This document shows positions 26,586-40,135 of a DNA stretch of 64,000 nt, piece by piece (within the stretch, counting starts at the first letter, position 1; the number at the start of each line of letters is the position of its first letter). The DNA is from the human T2T-CHM13v2.0 reference genome, Homo sapiens. The stretch lies in assembly GCF_009914755.1 (NCBI RefSeq), contig NC_060938.1, one strand, 5' to 3'. The notes beneath the pieces were generated by a model. That model had not been told where the DNA came from. It did not search any database and saw only the letters and a program-made list of their open reading frames with translations. The position numbers and the translations under genes are program-made.

Positions 26586-26877
26586 GGCTGGGTGCAGTGG
26601 CTCACGCCTGTAATCCCAGCACTTTGGGAGTCGGGGCGGGCAGATCACTTGGGGTCAGGAGTTCAAGACCAGCCTGGCCAATATGGTGAAACCCCATCTC
26701 TACTAAAAATATAAAAATTAGTTGGGTGTGGTAGCATTCGCCTGTAATCCCAGCTATTCAGGATGCTGAGGCAGGAGAATGGCTTGAACCCAGGAGGCGG
26801 AGGCTACAGTGAGCCCAGATCGCACCGCTGCACTCCAGCCTAGGTGACAGAGTGAGACTCCATCTCAAAAAAATTAA
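26586..26877 (+). mobile_element. AluS (Sx/Sz)
   Basis: Full dimer; TSD aataaaaaaacaaactt 26569-26585 / aataaaaaaacaagctc 26878-26894. Confidence 0.96.
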
Positions 26878-27699
26878 AATAAAAAAACAAGCTCAGGAAT
26901 AGAGAAGCTATGTTAAGAAGACTAATAAAAGGCATTGAGTTCATTCAAACGTAAACGTGTCATTAAACAATTGTAAAAAGTATAATTAACAAACTCATAA
27001 ATGTAAAAAACATATAAACTGTAAAAATGACACAAAATTCAAATGTAAAATTAATAATGTAACTGACAAAAATCAGGGACTAGAGGAAGGCATAAAAGAA
27101 AGCACAGACTTGCTAATTTTTTCATCTTTTATAGAAAAAATCAGTAGGTACTCTTTAAAGTTGAGAGAGTCTTCTAAAAATTCTTCAAGTTTTTCCATAA
27201 TGAATCTCATTTTTAGATGAAGAAACATGTGTCTATAAATCAAGTTGTTCAGTTTCTTGCTGCTGTTTTTGTAGTGAAGCAAAAAATATGCATTTGATTT
27301 TATAAAAACCAGAAATATAATTTGTACTAGCAATATGTACTTTCTAGCTATATTTTAACTTGTTTCCTATTATATACACAAAAGTGTCCAACTGATGATT
27401 ATCAAATGTTAGATAATTGTTACTTCTGAGTGATTTGAAATGACAATTTTAAGTTTCTTTTCACTTAACCGCTTGCATTTTTTCATAATTATCAGAGTTT
27501 TCAACAAAAGAAAAATTGTTTATCCCTACCACCAAATGCCATCCCCATTTTCTTATAATTTATTGGACACGAGTTGCATGACAACCACCTAAGTGGTCAT
27601 CTAATGTTCTACTTGTCAGTTGAAAACAATACTCTCACATCATTCTTTACTGAGCCATGTGACCAGCCAGGGGCATCTGATCCCCAGAGCTCCCACCCT

Positions 27700-28440
27700 T
27701 GAGAGGAGAGGCTGATGAAGAGCCATCCTGGCCCAGAGGCCTCCATGCTCCTGCCGGGTCACCCTCCGCAGCACTGTCCAGTGTCTTTCATCCAGCACCC
27801 CCTGCCACGTCCTGCAGGGCCCGCGAGATACACACACTGCAGCCTCCCTGCTCCTACAACCCCTTCGGCATCGGTGCCTCTTCCTGAATGCTCCAAGCTT
27901 GTGCTCCGTTTAGATCCTTTGCTTTTTCTTTGGCTGGAGTGCGGTTTCCCCTGATCTCCACAACATCTCATCACCTAGACATCAGCTCACCGACTCAGTA
28001 ATGCCTGATTACCTATTCCATCCCACCCTTGAAAGTTTTAGGTCCTTCTTAGCACTCATTATTGCCTGAAATCATCTCATTCATTGATCCCTTTACTTGT
28101 TTATTGTATCTTCCCTCCAACCACCCCCACCCAACACCCAAATAATTCAGGAGAGGAGGGGGGCACCTCTTGCTTGTTCACTCCTGTATACCCAGTGCCT
28201 GAACTGCTGGTGGCATATAGTAAGCACATAATAAATACCTGTGGAACCAGGGCTGGCTTCATGGGCACATGATCTGTGCCATTGCACATGGCCCCAAGTC
28301 CAGAATGGCCCTGCACCTAATTAATGCTCTGCTGTTGCTGTCTTGAAATTTTTAACAATTTTGAAGGAAAGGTTCTATATTTTTATTTGTCCCATAAATT
28401 TTGTAGTAGGTTCTATGTGAATGAATGAATGAATGAATGC
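27700..28440 (+). mobile_element. L2a 3' part with (GAAT)n end, interrupted by MER91A
   Basis: cttgttcactcctgtatacccagtgcct...catatagtaagcacataataaatac; (gaat)5 at about 28418-28438. Confidence 0.8.
28248..28415 (+). mobile_element. MER91A (hAT-Tip100)
   Basis: cagggctggcttcatgggc...ttaatgctctgctgttgctgtcttgaaatt. Confidence 0.85.
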
Positions 28441-28444
28441 TACC

Positions 28445-29480
28445 TAAGTGATCTTGGGCAGGTCACTCCAGACTTGAAGCCTGTTTTCTGAAAAGTAGGG
28501 ACAATAACCCCTCCAGTGCCTGATTCACAGAGCCTCATAGGATCACCACAGAGGACGTAAGGAAAGCTCGCCCAAGACATGCACCTCCCAGACACATAGC
28601 TCATCTACCCAACTAACCACGCTCAACCTACACTTCTGCCGCTTTAAGCAGATTTTTTTTTATCTTCAAAGTGCTTTTCCTTATACTGTTTTCCATTCGA
28701 AATGCCACCCTGTTCCCTGTCGGGCTGGCTGCTCATGTCTATCAGGACAAAGAGAGGGTATTTCCCGCTCTAGAAAGCCTTCCCAACCCAAGAGGACTAG
28801 TAGACCCTCCTCTAAACCCCCTCAAAATTCTTTGCTTGTGTTTTTCACAGTGCCATTACGTTCTTAGGCAGGGCTGTCATTTATTCATTTCACAAACCTC
28901 TCTTGCTTTTCTACTCAATACCTGGTCCTTTGATTGACACCTGAGAGCCGGAGAAGCCTGAGGCTGAACCTGGCAGGACCGACAAATATCCCATCTTTTC
29001 TGCCATTGTTATGAGCCCATAAGGGGTGCTCCATAATCATTTGTGGAATGATTGATTGACTCAAAGGCAGGATTGGGACTTGGGAGACCTTGTGTCTAAC
29101 CAAGACTTTGCCACAAATTTGCAGGCTGACCTTGAAAAAGTCAATGGTCCTCTCATGTTCATAGTTTCTCCTTCTGCAAAATAGGGAGAGGGAAGGGCCA
29201 GACTAGAAAACCTGTTTCTTGTCTTCTTTTTGTCTAAACCCTAGAGTCTATAAATGTGGATCAAATGGCAATAGAAGCAGCATCGTGAATAATATCTCCT
29301 CCAGTCATCACAAAAACCTTGTAAAATAGAGAATTATTCCAGTTTTTCAGAGGACAGATGCATGGCTTAGAGAATTTAAATACATTTACTTGCTGCTGCA
29401 CAACATATAAATGACCACTCTAAGATCAGAATTTACCTACCTGCCTCCAAAACCCATGTGTCAAGCCACTCCACAAGGCT
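28445..29480. mobile_element. MIR fragments (28445-28570 +, 29065-29250 +, 29290-29480 -)
   Basis: Degenerate MIR cores. Confidence 0.6.
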
Positions 29481-29869
29481 TCTAATCCAATCCTATCCAA
29501 TCCAATCTAATCTTCATTCCTCAGGCCCCTGGCTGGTCTCAAAACAAAAAGCACATATGAGTTAAGAATAGAAAATATAAGACTGCATACTGTAAATAGT
29601 TTTTCCCCGATCACCATCTAGTTAGCCAGGATTTGAAAGCAGGGGATTCCCCTCTTCTGGCTGGCATGAAGCATCATCAAATCCATGAGCGTCAATCTCC
29701 AGGGCCTTGCTGTAAATCACTCCCACAACATAGAAAGCCTGGTACTCACATCCATATGGGTCAAATAGAAGAGGTGATCTTGCCCCAAGAAGCTGATTCC
29801 CAAGTTCCCTGTCCGTTGATCCAAGGCATCCACTCAGGTGCTTGTGTTGGTGACAAAAGAGCTCCCCAG

Positions 29870-30410
29870 AGGGCTGTCAGGAAGCTGATCATGTGATAGA
29901 TCCTCTGTGTAGCTCTGGCCCTTTCACCAGCCTCACCCTTTGACAGTTATTACTGCTGCAATAAATTCTTCAGTAAAACAAACAGGCACGCTGTAAATTT
30001 ATTAGTCTGGGCACTCTGTGTTACTTAACGTAACGGCCAGTCTTAAACAGGTAACTACTGCAGTAAATAAACCAGTTTATTTAGGCACTGTCAGCCCTAA
30101 GTGTTCACGGGGGCCTGGAGAAATGGCATTGGCCTTTATAAGCATGATATATGCCTACATAAATTACACTTGCCCACTCAGATATTTGATGGTAACACAC
30201 CACCTGGGAAGAGTGTGACAGCTCAAAACATCTCTGTAAACTTCAAAAAGTCTATTTACAGGGGACATGGTACTTTATATGGAACTGTATATATAAGTAG
30301 AATTTGTATATATGGTCTCAGTATAAAATAAACCAGTGCCCTGCATTTGCATATTATGTGAATGCATGCAAAATTGACTAAGGTTTTCTGCTGAGCTGTT
30401 TGCAGAGGGC
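29870..30410. promoter_or_regulatory. Candidate developmental enhancer (FOX/MEIS/OCT motifs)
   Basis: TGACAG x4 (29874, 29941, 30088, 30216); inverted taaataaac-ca-gtttattta 30064-30083; atttgcat 30345. Confidence 0.45.
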
Positions 30411-30574
30411 TAAGTGGAGAACAGAAATAAGAGAAGAAAGAAAGGAACTCATATTTATTGAACCAGACCAATGTCTAGGCATCTCCAGACACCAAGTTCA
30501 AGCAAATAATAAATTCTGGGCCTCTGTGCCAGGTTCTGTGCTAGGCTTTCCATAAAAATATTTGTTGGGTAGTA

Positions 30575-31204
<630 letters not shown>

Positions 31205-31209
31205 GATAC

Positions 31210-31400
31210 ATGTGTCAAAGTGCTTTGAAACGTATTATCTAATTTTACCCCTGCAACACCATGGTGGGTAGGAATTCTCATACCCATTGCACAGATGAGG
31301 ACACTGAGACTGGGAGAGATTGAATAACTTCTTGAACATTTCAGAGCCAGTAGTTGATGGAGGCAGTGTTCCAACTCAGTTCTGATTCCAGAATCCACAG
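31210..31400 (-). mobile_element. MIR
   Basis: cccattgcacagatgaggacactgagact core. Confidence 0.85.
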
Positions 31401-32169
31401 GGCCCCGAAAGGCAATTCTCTGTACAGTGCTTGATCCACATGAAGTTTCCTTTATTACCCTCTCTTTAAAAAGCAGTGTGTCTGTGTGTTTAATGGGGAT
31501 AATTTCACTGAAAAACGTAGTTGGAATTGTTTAAAGGACAATTGCAAAAGTTAAAAGAATCAGCGCCAGGAGAAGAAGACAGTATATAACAGAACTAAAG
31601 CTTTCTCCAGGCCATATTTGGATTCAATTGCCTGTTACCCAGAGCCCTGAAAATAAATGTACTGATAAATAATTATTTCCTGCCCCACACATAACCAAAT
31701 ATGACTATGCCTGGCCTGGTGGCCAAGGAGACAACCCATTGTTCAAATGCCTGGCCCCACTCCCCTTGGCTGCAAAAAAATGTGGCTTCACTTTCCTGTG
31801 AATCCCAACTCAAAAAATAGAATGGCATATAGTCAGCAAATGCCTCACGTTGGCTCACCACTGCCCAGCCCTGGGATCAATTAGATAAACACAGAGCAAA
31901 GAGGCTTCCTCCGAATATGGTCAGGAAAACAGTCTCCTCTGGGTCTGGTGATTCTGGCACCTTCTGCTTGAGAAATGATGCACAGAGCCCTACAATTGGA
32001 CAGCATCCCATTCACAGTCACCCTTCTCCATGGAGTGGCCATTGGAAGGTGCACTGTGACAGTCCACAGCATCTTGCCTTGGAGTAAATTCTAAGTGAGA
32101 GTCAGGACAGTGGGTGTCAACTAGTCCTACCCAGGGAGGCAAAGTGCAAGGATAACAGCAACAACAACA

Positions 32170-32950
32170 AAATGCATGGGATTTTTGGACCAAATCAGTC
32201 TAGGTTTCACACCTATTCTGCTGCACACTGGCCTTGAGATCTTGATCAAGTCACTTTATCTCCTTGGTGTCTACTTCTTTGTATAACATGAATGGTACCC
32301 ACCTAACTATAGATCGAATAAGCTAACATTGTTAAAATACTTAGCCTAGGGGTGGACTTAAACTCTCTCATTAGATCCCTTTATCCCCTACTCAACAAAC
32401 AGGGAAACGAAGGTGAAGGTTGATCATCTGAGGCTAGAGTCAAGGTTCTACCCCAGATCTCCATTACAGTCAAGGCTGTGCTGTCCAGAGTGGAAGCATC
32501 TTATCTCCCTAAAGGATGCTGCCTTAAAAAGGTATATTTTGGCCCCAGTATCTGTACTCTCAAGTGATCTTAATTCTAAACTCTGCAACTATCTGTGTGC
32601 ATACCCCTCTGCCCCACTAGACCATAAGCTCCTCGAGAGCATAAACCACTTATTATCCATCTCGGTACACCAAGTGCCTGGCAGACAGCAAGCCAAGGTT
32701 TCTAATGAATCCTTATTGAGTGACTGAAGCAGATAGAAACTCTTCTCATGTCCCATACCACCTGCACTTCCCCCACCCCCCTCTACCACCACCAATGGCC
32801 AGGGCCATTCTGGGGCATGACTGCTTGTCTACATATCCTTCCTCAGAAGACTCTAAGAGCCACGGTGGCTGTGTCTAAGTTGCTGTCAGTCACATTTCTG
32901 CAATGGAATGGAATGCCTAGCACATAGTAGGTGCTTGAGAGCTAGTAGCT
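32170..32950 (+). mobile_element. MIR (32170-32350) and L2 3' fragments (32570-32730, 32840-32950)
   Basis: ctagaccataagctcctcgagagca; gcctagcacatagtaggtgct. Confidence 0.65.
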
Positions 32951-33006
32951 GAAAAGTGGTTGACAGCCATGTAACAGCGCACTGGAGGAAAGGAGGGGAG
33001 AGTGGA

Positions 33007-33279
33007 TTTATTTATTTTTTTATTTTTATTTTTATTTATGTGAGTGCATAGTAGGTGTACCTATTTATGGGGTGCATGAGATGTTTTGATATGGGCATGC
33101 AATGAGTAATAATCCCATCAAGTAAAATGGGGTCTCCATCCCCTCAAGCATTTATCCTTTGTGTTACAAACAGTCCAATTACACTCTTTTAGTTATTTTT
33201 AAATGTACAATTAAATTACAATGGACTTTGGTCACCCTGTTGCTGCACTATCACCTACTAAGTCTTATTCACTCTTTCC
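33007..33279 (-). mobile_element. L1MA2/3 3' end
   Basis: catagtaggtgtacctatttatggggtgcatgagatgttttgata...cctcaagcatttatcctttgtgttacaaac. Confidence 0.9.
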
Positions 33280-33284
33280 ACGTG

Positions 33285-33510
33285 AATTTAGTTTTATTGA
33301 ACACCTAGCATGTGCCAGAGGCTCTACCTGGAGCCTCTTCATGGTTGATCATTACAGGCACACCTAGGCACACGCACACAGCAGACACCATCCCCGTTTC
33401 TACAGATGAATAAGATTGAGTTTGGAGACTTGAGCCAACCTGTTCAAGACCACACAGCTAGTGGCTGTCAGAGTTCAAATGAAGCTCACGTCTGACTGCA
33501 AAACCCTTGC
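33285..33510 (-). mobile_element. MIR
   Basis: tttattgaacacctagcatgtgccag...tacagatgaa...accacacagctagt. Confidence 0.8.
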
Positions 33511-34493
33511 AATGCCACACTGTTTCTTCGAAATCCTGCAGAAATTTTTGCTTCCTTTGCCATTTTTCCTAGAGCCAGCTGGGAGGTTCTCACTGTCTGA
33601 CCCCTTGCCATCGCTGGTGGGAGGAACCATGGGGGCCAGCCTGGCTGAACAATGGATTGTGCTGGCTGCAGGAACAAGGGAAGGGCTAGGTCTTCCTACC
33701 AATACGCCTTTAGCATCCCAGGTCCTTATTTTGCACAAGTCTGGACCCCTTGGACTTCAGGGCCAGAGAACTGTGGGTGTAGGGACATGGGACTCCCCGC
33801 CCTCCCAGAGCCCTGCAGGGAGATAGACCCATGTGCCAGCGTGAGTTGAGCCTCGTGCATTGGTGCATGTCCCTGTGGCCGGCTGCCACGAGCCGGGGGA
33901 TGAAATGTTACTTGTGGTGGCCATGGTTTCTACAGGCATGTGGGAGTCCCCTTCACAGCATGAAGTCCAGCCTCCACGTCTGCGCCTGCTCACCAAGAAG
34001 CCCCAGTGCAGGGGCAGGGGGACTGCTGGCAGCATTGGAGAGTCATGAAGATAAATTGACCAGAGGCATCCACACATATTTAGGGAGGAGGAGGACCAGC
34101 AGCCACAGTATTAAATAGAGACTGAGCATGGGTTTGGCCCTCAGCCAGGCTCCTTACTCTGCCCACCCCATTCAAGCCCCAAGGCAATGCCTTGATAGCC
34201 ATTTTGCAGATGAGAAAACTGAGGACCATCAGATGCTTAGAGAAGAAAATGATGGAGGGGAATGTTTCTATTCCACCGTCAGTATTAACATTGGGAGCAA
34301 GAAGCTTAAACCTGAATCCAGAGATTTCTTGACCAGATCAAGAATAATCTGAGAGTAAACCTGTAGAAAGGGGAGCTATCCTGTCCTCTCGTTTCCTTGG
34401 TGTGAAACCCAACAGGGTACAAGTGTTCACCAATATGCACTGCTTGCTGGAGTTCCCTTCTTTATCCACTTTGAAGAGAACTGGCAAACTTCT

Positions 34494-34529
34494 CATAGTG
34501 CTATGACTTCACATAGTGCTGTGACTTCA
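34494..34529 (+). repeat. 18-bp tandem duplication
   Basis: catagtgctatgacttca / catagtgctgtgacttca. Confidence 0.92.
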
Positions 34530-35289
34530 CGCAGTTTCTTCAGGGGCTAGGTGGTATGCTCTAAAAGTTACATGTATTTGTTCACCTGCAGATGTTTGTC
34601 CCAGGTTTTCAGAATCTCGTCGGTCATTATACAAAGCACATGGCCATCCATGGGCTCCCATCTTTGTGAAGTAGAACCACACCCATCTAATGGTGAGAAA
34701 AAGAGGCTTAGAGAGCCAGGAACACTGCCCAGGGCTGAAGAGCAGCAAAGAGCAGACTCTGTTTCCTCCTCCAAATTGCTTTGCCCAGAAGGGTCTGGAT
34801 TCTGTGGTCCAGGGAAGCTCCTCAGAGAATCTCTTGTTTGTTCCCACCCATGAGGTCTATGGTCTCCAATCCTCCCGTTGGGTCTGCTTCCAAGTTCCTC
34901 TACAGACATGACCTGAGCAAACTGAACTTCCCCCTTCCTCCTCCTTCTCCTCCTCCTTCTCATCTCCAGCATGCTGGACACATCAGCCTGACATGTCTTT
35001 CCAATTAGGCCAGTCCTGAGCTGCAGGGAAACAGGAAACCTCAGACCCATCCAGACTCAGGAAACCAGTCAGAGACAGTGGCGGCCCTGGCCGTGGCGTC
35101 AGCCGGGAGACACAGCCCAACACAGGCAGCCTCTGCCTGCCTCCTCCTAGACACTGCCCACCCCTCCTGCTGCAGGCCAAGGGCCTGGCCCGAGGAATGG
35201 AGATGGGTGAACATGCCTTTAGATCTCCCAGAAATGACCCCCAGCAAGAGTGGGCTGAGAGGCTGATCCTAGATGGAAATCTAAGAAGC

Positions 35290-35930
35290 TAAACAGCCCT
35301 GTGTTATGAGCACTGGCTTTGGGGTCATGTGGACATCAGTTTGTACCCAGCTCCACCACTTTGTAGCTGTGAAGCCTTGAGTGGACTTCTCCTTCTCTCC
35401 TGATGATTCCTGCAAGGTGGCATGATCCCCATTTTGAAGGACCATGGTAGAGATACACACAATGAGATCATGTTTGAACAGCCCAGCCCAGCACCTGGCA
35501 AGTGGTAAGTGCTTATTTGTCCCAAAGAATGGGCAAGCTCTTCACATAAACCAACCCCTTGGCTCCTCACAGCTGCTCTGGGAGGAGGGTATTTGTGGTT
35601 TCTTTTTACAGATAAAACTGAATCCAGATCTATGTGAATTGCAGTGGAAGAAGCATGGAATTCAAAATCAGGTGGATATGGATGGAAATCCCAGCCGTGT
35701 CATTTGCTAGTTCAGGGCTGATAAATGTGACTGTTTAGACCATACCCACCGCTGTGCTTGAGCACATCATCTCGCATTCCTAAGTCACACCCTTCGGAGG
35801 GTGTGCTGGCCTGTGTTCTACAATGGAGGCATTTGAGGCCCAGAGAGTTTGCCTAATAAGCCCAAGCTCCTACCCAGGAGTGGAGGAGCTGACATTTGAC
35901 TTGGCCGTCTGTGGCTTGGAGGCCATCTCT
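35290..35930. mobile_element. MIR cluster (35290-35520 +, 35640-35720 +, 35760-35930 -)
   Basis: Degenerate MIR motifs. Confidence 0.6.
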
Positions 35931-36229
35931 GCAGCTCCCCAAGCTTCATCTTCTCCTGTGTAACGTGTCTAAAAATCTCTCTGTGAAGGCTCTGGCAAAG
36001 AATTCACAGTACCTGGTACTCCAGGACATTTACAAAGAACAAAACTGAAATGCTCAAGCAACTGGGGTCTGCGTGGGAGTGGCGCTGAATCAGCAGTGTC
36101 CATGACAGAACAGATGGCTCAACCCCTCGAAGCCTCTTGCAACCCATTTTGCCTCTGAAGGGCCTTCAGATTTGCCCTGTGCAGATCCACACATCTGCAG
36201 ACCCCAGGTCAGAACTCAAAGGCCAGCTG

Positions 36230-36822
36230 ACAGTATGGCAGTTCCTCAGAAAGTTAAACACGAAATTATCATGTGAGCCAGCAATTTCTCTTCTGGGAAT
36301 ATACCCAGAAGAATCGGAAGCAGGAACTGGAATGCAGATTTGTACACCCGTGTCCATAGCAGCATTGTTCACACTAAACAAAAGGCAGAAGCAACCCATA
36401 TGTCCATTCATAGTCAAATGGATAAACAAAATGTGGTATACATACAATGGAATATTATACAGCCTTAAAAAGGAAGGAAATTGTAACACATGCTACAACA
36501 CAGGCACTCCTTGACACCATTGTGCTGAGTGAAGGAAGCCAGTCATGAAAGGACAAATTCTGCACAATTCTACTTATAGGAGGCCCCTAGAGTAGTCAGA
36601 TTCATAGAGACGGGAAGTAGAATGGTGGGTACCAGGGGCTGGTGAGAGGGGAAATGAGGGGTTGTTCAGTGGGGACAGAGTTTCTGCTTTGGATGATAAA
36701 AAAATTCTTGGAAGTAGATAGTGATAGTGGTTGTACAATATTCTGAATTGTACGTTTAAACATGGTTAAAATGATGAGTTTCATGTTACGAGTATTTTAT
36801 CACAATTAAAAAAAAAAAAAAA
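36230..36822 (+). mobile_element. L1MB3-like ORF2 end, 3' UTR and poly(A)
   Basis: ORF 36137-36514 carries L1 ORF2 C-terminal-like peptide (WQFLRKLN...PAISLLGIYP...AALFT...WINKMWY). Confidence 0.93.
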
Positions 36823-36827
36823 GAAAA

Positions 36828-37133
36828 GGCCAGGCGTAGTGGCTCAGCCTTGTAATTCCAGCACTTTGGGAGGCTGAGACAGGCAGATCACGAGGTCAAG
36901 AGTTCGGAACCAGTCTGGCCAACGTGGTGAAACCCTGTCTCTACTAAAAATACAAAAATTAGCCATGCATGCTGGCAGGCACCTGTAATCCCAACTACTC
37001 AGGAGGCTGAGGCAGGAGAATCACTTGAACCTGGGAGGCGGAGGTTGCAGTGAGCCAAGATTGTGCTACTCCACTCCAGCTTGAGTGACAGAGCAACACT
37101 CCGTCTTGGTAAAAAAAAAGAAAAAAGAAAAAA
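36828..37133 (+). mobile_element. AluS inserted in the L1 poly(A) tail
   Basis: Full dimer directly after the A-tract. Confidence 0.96.
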
Positions 37134-37984
37134 GTCAGGTGAATGAATTTACCAGGGATTCTCCTCCCAAGAGTTCACATCTGCACTTGCATGACTTGGT
37201 GCCTTGATGGTGTGATTGGCAGCTCAGCACATCCTGGTGTGGCCCCCGTGGAAGAGCTCCCTGCACAAAGGGGCCAACAGAAGAGAGAGGGCTTCTCTGC
37301 TGGGGACCCTCCAGGAAAGCCCCACATGCTGCCCTGGCCTGGCCCCCAGGAACCCGCCCCCTCAGCGACCCTCAGCGTCCTGTCTTTCCACAAGACCTGT
37401 CCCTGCAGATAGGATGGGGAGGCCCCTGGAGAGTTAGGGTGCAAGGAGGTGGAGCTGTGTTTGGTGGGAGAAAAGAACTTTGGAATGAAGGTAGACAGGT
37501 TGGTTCAGATTTTCTCGGAAGGTGCGGGGAAGGGTTAATGGGCAAAAGAAAGATCAATGTTTCTCCCTGAAATTTCAACAGTCATAGATTTTAATGCAAT
37601 GAAGCTGTGGAGTGTAAGCTGGGAATCTCTGATGAAAACGAATACAGCAAGACCAATGCCTTCCACATCGACTGCACCTACCTGGAGTGCCGGCCCTCTT
37701 GCAGAAGGCTCCAGTACCCACTTACTCACAGAAAGAATGGGAGGGCTGAGTGTTGGGCCCCCTCCAGTTCTTTTACTTTAACTAACTTTTTTTTTTATTT
37801 AGGAAAAAAAATCTACTAAAATAAAGCAAAATAAGAAGCTACAGGTATTAAACCTGATGTGTTTAAACCCCAATGAATAACAGACTTCCAAGTCAAGAAT
37901 AGTGCTAAGAGCATATGGTTATGACATAACCCTCTCCCTGCACCCCACCTTTGCTTGTAGGTGGCCATGTGCAAACTGTGTCTG

Positions 37985-38008
37985 CACACACACACACACA
38001 CACACACA
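37985..38008 (+). repeat. (CA)12
   Basis: Direct read. Confidence 0.98.
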
Positions 38009-38028
38009 GCATTAGTTCTTTCATTCAG

Positions 38029-38100
38029 CTGGACTCTGGCTTCATTTCATATTGTCATAAAATGCATTTAATAAAATTTAGGTCTTTGGTATTTGATTTA
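38029..38100 (+). other. Candidate 72-nt cryptic exon
   Basis: ttctttcattcag acceptor and gtaagt donor, stop-free in frame 0. No expression evidence. Confidence 0.25.
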
Positions 38101-38102
38101 GT

Positions 38103-38104
<2 letters not shown>

Positions 38105-38132
<28 letters not shown>
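38105..38132 (+). repeat. (GT)14
   Basis: Direct read. Confidence 0.98.
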
Positions 38133-38133
<1 letters not shown>

Positions 38134-39539
38134 CACTTGGTGTGTGCAGCTACCTTGCCAGTACATGGGCAGAGCTTTACATTTATAGATGCAAACCTTC
38201 CCCACAGCTGGAAGGAACCAGTGCTCTCTAATCTGGAATACATTTCCAGAGGGAAACTGAGCCTCAGAGTTCATTAACTTGTCCAAGGTCATTTAAGGAG
38301 CTTTCCTTCCTCCTCATCTACTTGACCTTGACTCTGCTCTCTGGCTTCGGTTTCAAGAGCAACTTGAACCTGAAGACTGGGCCCAGTGAGCTGCCCCAGA
38401 GCCAGACAGCCTTTTCAATATTTATCTAAGATGCTACACTATTTTAGCAAATACAGTTTTAAACAGCAATTGTACCTCTCAGATTCTATCTTCTAGAAAT
38501 AAGTCGGCACCTCAATATGATATTTGTGACAAAGCAAAGAGTTGTTTTTACTCTACATTCCATTTATACTTGTTTCACAGACATCCACTAATTTTTGATT
38601 CATAATATTTCCTCCTCTGTTCTTAACCAGAGTCCTGCTCCAGGTCTTCCACACCCTATCATCAAGGTGTAATTTTTCTGCAGTCATTTTTTTTAGAAAA
38701 AATCAATAAATTGTTTGTGATTCCTCTAACTGAGACCACATGGCTTTAGTGTAGAAATTCAACATTTACGTTAAGCAGTAAATCTATTCTGTCAGCCACT
38801 ATGATGTGGGAGTTGTTATGAAAAGATAATGATATTTTTCCAGGCGCACATACACGTACACACAGCAGTTAAAACTGGCTTCCATAGAGAAGATGCCCGG
38901 TGTGTTTCACTGGCTCTTTCTAGCACCCAGCAGGTCACCGCGTGGACATCCACAGACGTTCGGTGGTGTTCACTTATCCCAGCTCGCTTCTCCAGACCTG
39001 ACATTCCTTCCTGTTTTGGGTATGAGTTGATCTGGATCTGGAAGCTTATTGAGTGGCCATTGATGAAGCGGGAAGAGGACTGAACTAGGAACCAGGGGAC
39101 CCAGGTTCTAGGCCACAACTTGCAGTAACAATCATCAGTGTGACCCCTTGTTCGGGGGCACCTGGTAGGTGGCAACTGTCTGTATATTCCTGAGAGCGCC
39201 AACAGCCCCTGTTTATAGGGGAGGAGCCTGAGCTTACAGGAGGTCCCCAAGGTTACCCAGCCAGATGATATTGGTGCCAGCCTGCTCCAATGTCCATGCC
39301 TTCCCACAAAAGATCCCATGGCCCTTGGGATCCGTTGGCCTTTGGAACCTCTTAGCTTCTTGGATATTCTGTGTCTTCATTTGTAAAATGGGAGGGTTGA
39401 AAAAAAAGATTTTAAAAGTGTTTTCTGGCTCATAACTATGACATGCTTGTTCAGCTCACAGCATCATCACTTGAAATGGTCACGTTGCCATCACTCTTCA
39501 CCTCAATGCTTTTTCGTAAGCAGATCTAGAAAGCTCACA

Positions 39540-39815
39540 GGAGCATCCCAAGAATGCCCCCCAATTATTCCCCTCCCCATATCCACAACCTTTGCACTAT
39601 GAGCACAACACCTTCCATCAAGGGACAATGAATCTACTTCCCACACCTTGACTCTGGGCTGGCCGTGTGGTCACAGTGGAAGGAACACTGTGCCCATTCT
39701 CAGAGAAGGCCTTGAGAGGCCCTGCACACTTCTGCTTTGCAAAAAAAGCTGCCTGGTTACCATGAAACAAGCCCAGGCCAGCCTGTTAGAGAAAATCAAG
39801 GCCACACAGAAACGT
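39540..39815 (+). mobile_element. MLT1F/G-like LTR 5' part
   Basis: ccttgactctgggctggcc...ggccttgagaggccctgcac...ccatgaaacaagcccaggccagcctg. Confidence 0.75.
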
Positions 39816-39834
39816 TGCCGCAGCTGTGGACATC

Positions 39835-40135
39835 TCCTCTGGTTCCCCATCGCTATGTAACAAACCACCCCAAATTCTACGGCTTAAACCATGGTGCCTC
39901 AAAATTCTGATCAAAGGAGATCTTTTAGAGCCTTGTCATATGGCCCCAAGTATTTGTTATTCTCTTTCCTGGTTCCTCATATCTCTCTCGTGTCTGCAGA
40001 CAAATGACAGCCAGGGCGGAAGTCATCTGAAGGCTCAGCTAGGTTGGACATCCAAGACAGCTTCCTCCCTACAAGTCTGGTGCCTCACCAGGGTGGCTAA
40101 GGCAGTCTGGGGTTGGCCGGGCACCTCTCTTCACT
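39835..40135 (-). mobile_element. MLT1G/H-like LTR 3' part carrying a 67-bp templated insertion
   Basis: gtaacaaaccaccccaaa...ggcttaaa; agtcatctgaaggctc...ggacatccaaga. Confidence 0.75.
39889..39955 (+). repeat. Dispersed direct copy of 41217-41282
   Basis: ccatggtgcctcaaaattctgatcaaaggagatcttttagagccttgtcatatgg vs ccatggtgtctcaaagttctgatcaaagaagatcttttagatccttgtcatatgg. Confidence 0.95.

Larger units (their letters stand above)
24560..27520 (+). mobile_element. Long ancient L1/HAL1-like element interrupted by two Alus
   Basis: Strong A-rich strand bias, ORF1-like motifs (tgtataattggtgcttctggagg; ttctgaaataaac), L1M-type 3' end near 27360-27520. Confidence 0.55.

Noticed and set aside
29483-29512. 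(ATCCA)n-like run resembling DUX4 or HSATII motifs
   Set aside because: Only 30 bp and degenerate; a simple pentamer microsatellite.
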